From an uncultured cyanobacterium (GTDB lineage Bacteria; Cyanobacteriota; Cyanobacteriia; Cyanobacteriales; CAWUOF01), in contig CAVUSO010000001.1 in the NCBI GenBank assembly GCA_963744145.1, positions 1,344,001-1,408,000 on the forward strand: 64,000 nucleotides of DNA, given 5' to 3'. The notes beneath the pieces are model-generated. The model was not told the DNA's origin. It saw only the letters and a program-made list of their open reading frames with translations, and made no database searches. Below are positions 60,937 through 64,000 of this stretch, piece by piece (the first letter of the stretch is position 1; each line of letters opens with the position of its first letter). Made by a program: the position numbers and the translations under genes.

Positions 60937-63900
60937 TACTATATTCAAGGGCTGATTGATAATCGCCAAATAGATAAAAAAGAATCAATTTATTCAGATA
61001 GATATTATAGAGCAATGTATAATTATTTTGTTTTACAAAAATCGGAATATCCGTTTCTTCATTACAGATTTCTCCCAGCAAACGACGGGGTTCTTCAGCT
61101 TTTCCAAGCAGATTCAATACAGATTGATAAAAAGACCCTTGCCAATGTAGTGCTTGTTGATGCTTGAGGTTTTTTTCCGTTGCAGCATAATATTTTGCCA
61201 TAGTTTGTTCTAGTTGCGGCAACTCTTTTCCGGCAAAAAATGAGTGATAGCAATACATGGTTGCATTATAGCCAGCAAATTCCAAATCTCCAACTTCTAA
61301 AGAACTTTGATAGCCTTCTAAAAAATTATTAAGTGTATCATCCAAATGAGAATCCCATGGTCTTATATGACCATTGACAACCTCTAATAACCTCCCTCTT
61401 ATTTCTTTAACTTCCAATTTCTTAAGTAAATCTATCGCAAGTTGACCAAATGCAAAACTCGACTCAAAATCATTAAAACCCAAACATACAAATCCACAAC
61501 AAGCATAAACAAAAGGCATAACTAAGCCATTACCATCGACAATTGCTAATTCTATCTGGTACAAAGATGTGAGAGAAAGAAGATTGATATTCGTGAAAAA
61601 TAGAGAAGATACAATTTTGGAAAAAATTAGGGAAATCGCCAAACTATTAGGGTTCTGGTTTTTTGGTAAATCTAGTAATTTATTAACCGTTAAACCTGCT
61701 TTTGCTAAATTAGACTTCATCTTTTCAAATGCCTGCTCTAGATCAATGTTAGAAGGATTTTCAGGAAGATTCACATTAAAATTTTTGAGAAAATCTAAAG
61801 CAGTCCGAATCGATTCTTCTAGTTTTTGCTGTGCAATCAGTGTTTGCAGCCAAACATCATAGATATTAACTTGATCTAGGGCAGTTTTAGTGTGTTGTAA
61901 ACCAATTTTTGTCACGGTTTCCGTTTGCTCGAAATCACCATTAAGATAGGTAGCTAATGCTAGGCTTTCATACAGAGATAGCGTTAATTCATACTGAGTT
62001 GTCCAAGAGTTAGCAGCAAGTAGTTTTATTCCTGTAGATAGATATTCAATTGCAGCAGCATAAGCATTGGACTGGATCGCTTTTTTTCCGGCGATCAGAT
62101 TGAGTTGAGCTATTTCTTCTTTTTCCTGGTCATCAACTAATAAGCCACTACCGATGTTGAGTTGATTAATAATCTCAAATATCTTACTTTCCTGCCATTC
62201 TGCCGAGGTATTTTTTAATAATAACTTCCCAATAGTTAGGTGAGTGATCTGTCTCTCATTCTCAGGAATTAGAAAGTAAGCTGCTTGCTGAACCCGATCG
62301 TGCAAGAATTTATAGTTAACTTTTACCTCTCCGGTCTGTTCATCATAATCTAATTCCTGGGATTGAAAGAACTTGTAGTTTTCATTGATCGGTAGAATTA
62401 ATCCATCTTGAAGTGCTTTCCACAGATAAGTGCTGGTATTGACGGGAGATTCTTCACAGATGATTGCCAAGGTATTCAAGTCAAACTGATTCCCAATACA
62501 AGCTGCTAGTTTTAAAGTCTTCTGAGTTTCTGGGAGCAGTTTCTCCAATTGCAATGCCATAAATTCTACGACATCATCAGTAACAGCTAAACTGCGTACC
62601 ATGGTCATATTACACTGCCAGTAACCCAGTTCGGGCTGAAACTTTAGACAATGATTTTCATGCAAAACCTTGAGAAACTGAGTAGTAAAAAAGGGATTTC
62701 CTTTGGTTTTCTGATATACTAATTCGGTTAAAGGTAGCGATATTTCATCCGTGCAAATGAGGGTATCTGCTACCAATTGATTGACATTAATTTTGGTCAA
62801 AGGGTCTAAGGTAATTGTAGTTACTTTCGCCCCAGTTTTGCTGATTTCTGAGACTGTCAACATCAAAGGATGGGCTGGGAAAACTTCATTATCCCGATAG
62901 GCACCTAACAGTAATAAATATCCCGAACAAGCTTCCATTATTAATAATTTTAATAAGCTCAAAGAAGCTAAATCAGCCCATTGTAAATCATCCACAAACA
63001 TGACTAAAGGATGCTCTGGAGTTGTAAAAATTTGGATAAACTTTTTAAATAAGAGATAGAATCGATTTTGGGCAGCATCACCCGATAATTCTGGGACAGC
63101 CGGTTGTGGTCCAATAATCCGCTCTAATTCAGGAATCACATCAATGATTACCTGTCCATTTTCCCCTAAAGCATTGAGAATTTTGGTTTTCCAGGTCTGG
63201 AGTTGAACATCACTCTCACTTAATAATTGTCCGATCAAATCCCGGAATGCTTGCACCAGGGCACTCAGGGGAATATTACGATTAAATTGGTCAAATTTCC
63301 CTTTAATAAAATACCCTTTTTGTCTGGTAATTGGTTTATGCACTTCGTTGACAACGGCAGTTTTACCAATCCCAGAAAAACCTGCTACTAATATTAATTC
63401 TGTATTACCATTACTTACGCGCTCAAAAGCATTGAGGAGAGCTTGTACTTCTTTTTCTCTACCGTAGAGTTTTTCCGGGATTGTGAATCGATCGCACAAA
63501 TCGCGATCGCCTAATCCAAAATTAACTATCTGCCCCGTACTTTCTAACTGTTGCCAACATCTGTCTAAGTCATATTTCAACCCCAAGGTACTTTGATATC
63601 GATCTTCAGCATTTTTTCCCATCAATTTGAGAATAATATTCGACACCACTAGGGGGATATTTTGATTTAGCTCGTGGGGCGGTATCGGATTTTTGGCAAT
63701 GTGAGAGTATACTACTTCTAACGGATCGTTGGCCAGAAAAGGTAGCTGTCCGGTCAATAGCTCGTATAGTGTTACCCCCAAACTATAAAAATCGGCGCGA
63801 TAATCAATCCCCCGATTCATTCTACCAGTTTGCTCTGGGGCTAAATAGGCTAAAGTTCCTTCTAAGATATTAGGACTTTGGAGTTCTTGGGTTTCCTTTG

Positions 63901-64000
63901 GTAATAATGAGGCGATACTGAAGTCAATTAATTTGATTTGTTGGGTTTCAGGATGAATTATTATATTAGCAGGTTTAATATCTTTATGGATGACTCGGTT
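60937..64000 (-). pseudogene. 5' part (kinase-AAA-helical region) of the IS-interrupted hybrid kinase; start lies outside the window
   Basis: Open frame from 64000: [12 protein letters not shown]...[19 protein letters not shown]; truncated at the IS end. Confidence 0.88.

Noticed and set aside
6006..61862. Numerous short antisense or alternate-frame ORFs inside long genes
   Set aside because: Shadow ORFs of well-supported CDSs, with no independent evidence.

Overview
64 kb of a filamentous cyanobacterial chromosome (HIP1 GCGATCGC throughout; psbEFLJ, psaI, ndhCKJ, ycf48, rubA, dgdA, sepJ, glgB). Housekeeping blocks alternate with three accessory zones. (1) 1-6046: an island with vapBC, two putative DNA-binding genes sharing a duplicated upstream region, a duplicated Uma2 + coiled-coil unit, reshuffled intergenic repeat blocks and a candidate structured RNA. 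(2) 30862-37006: a co-oriented module of SF2 helicase, an uncalled 57-aa ORF, a DndD/Rad50-like CxC ABC-ATPase, a small ORF, a dnd-associated small protein and a C5 DNA methyltransferase. It has no dndA/B/C sulfur-transfer genes and no recognisable nuclease, and is the best candidate for an uncharacterised DNA defence or maintenance system. (3) 46157-64000: a cluster of large Ser/Thr kinase-AAA-GAF-histidine kinase signalling genes, one split by an IS630 element. Several MITE/REP-like families are dispersed through the window, some with clear target-site duplications. All calls come from manual reading of motifs; no database searches were run.
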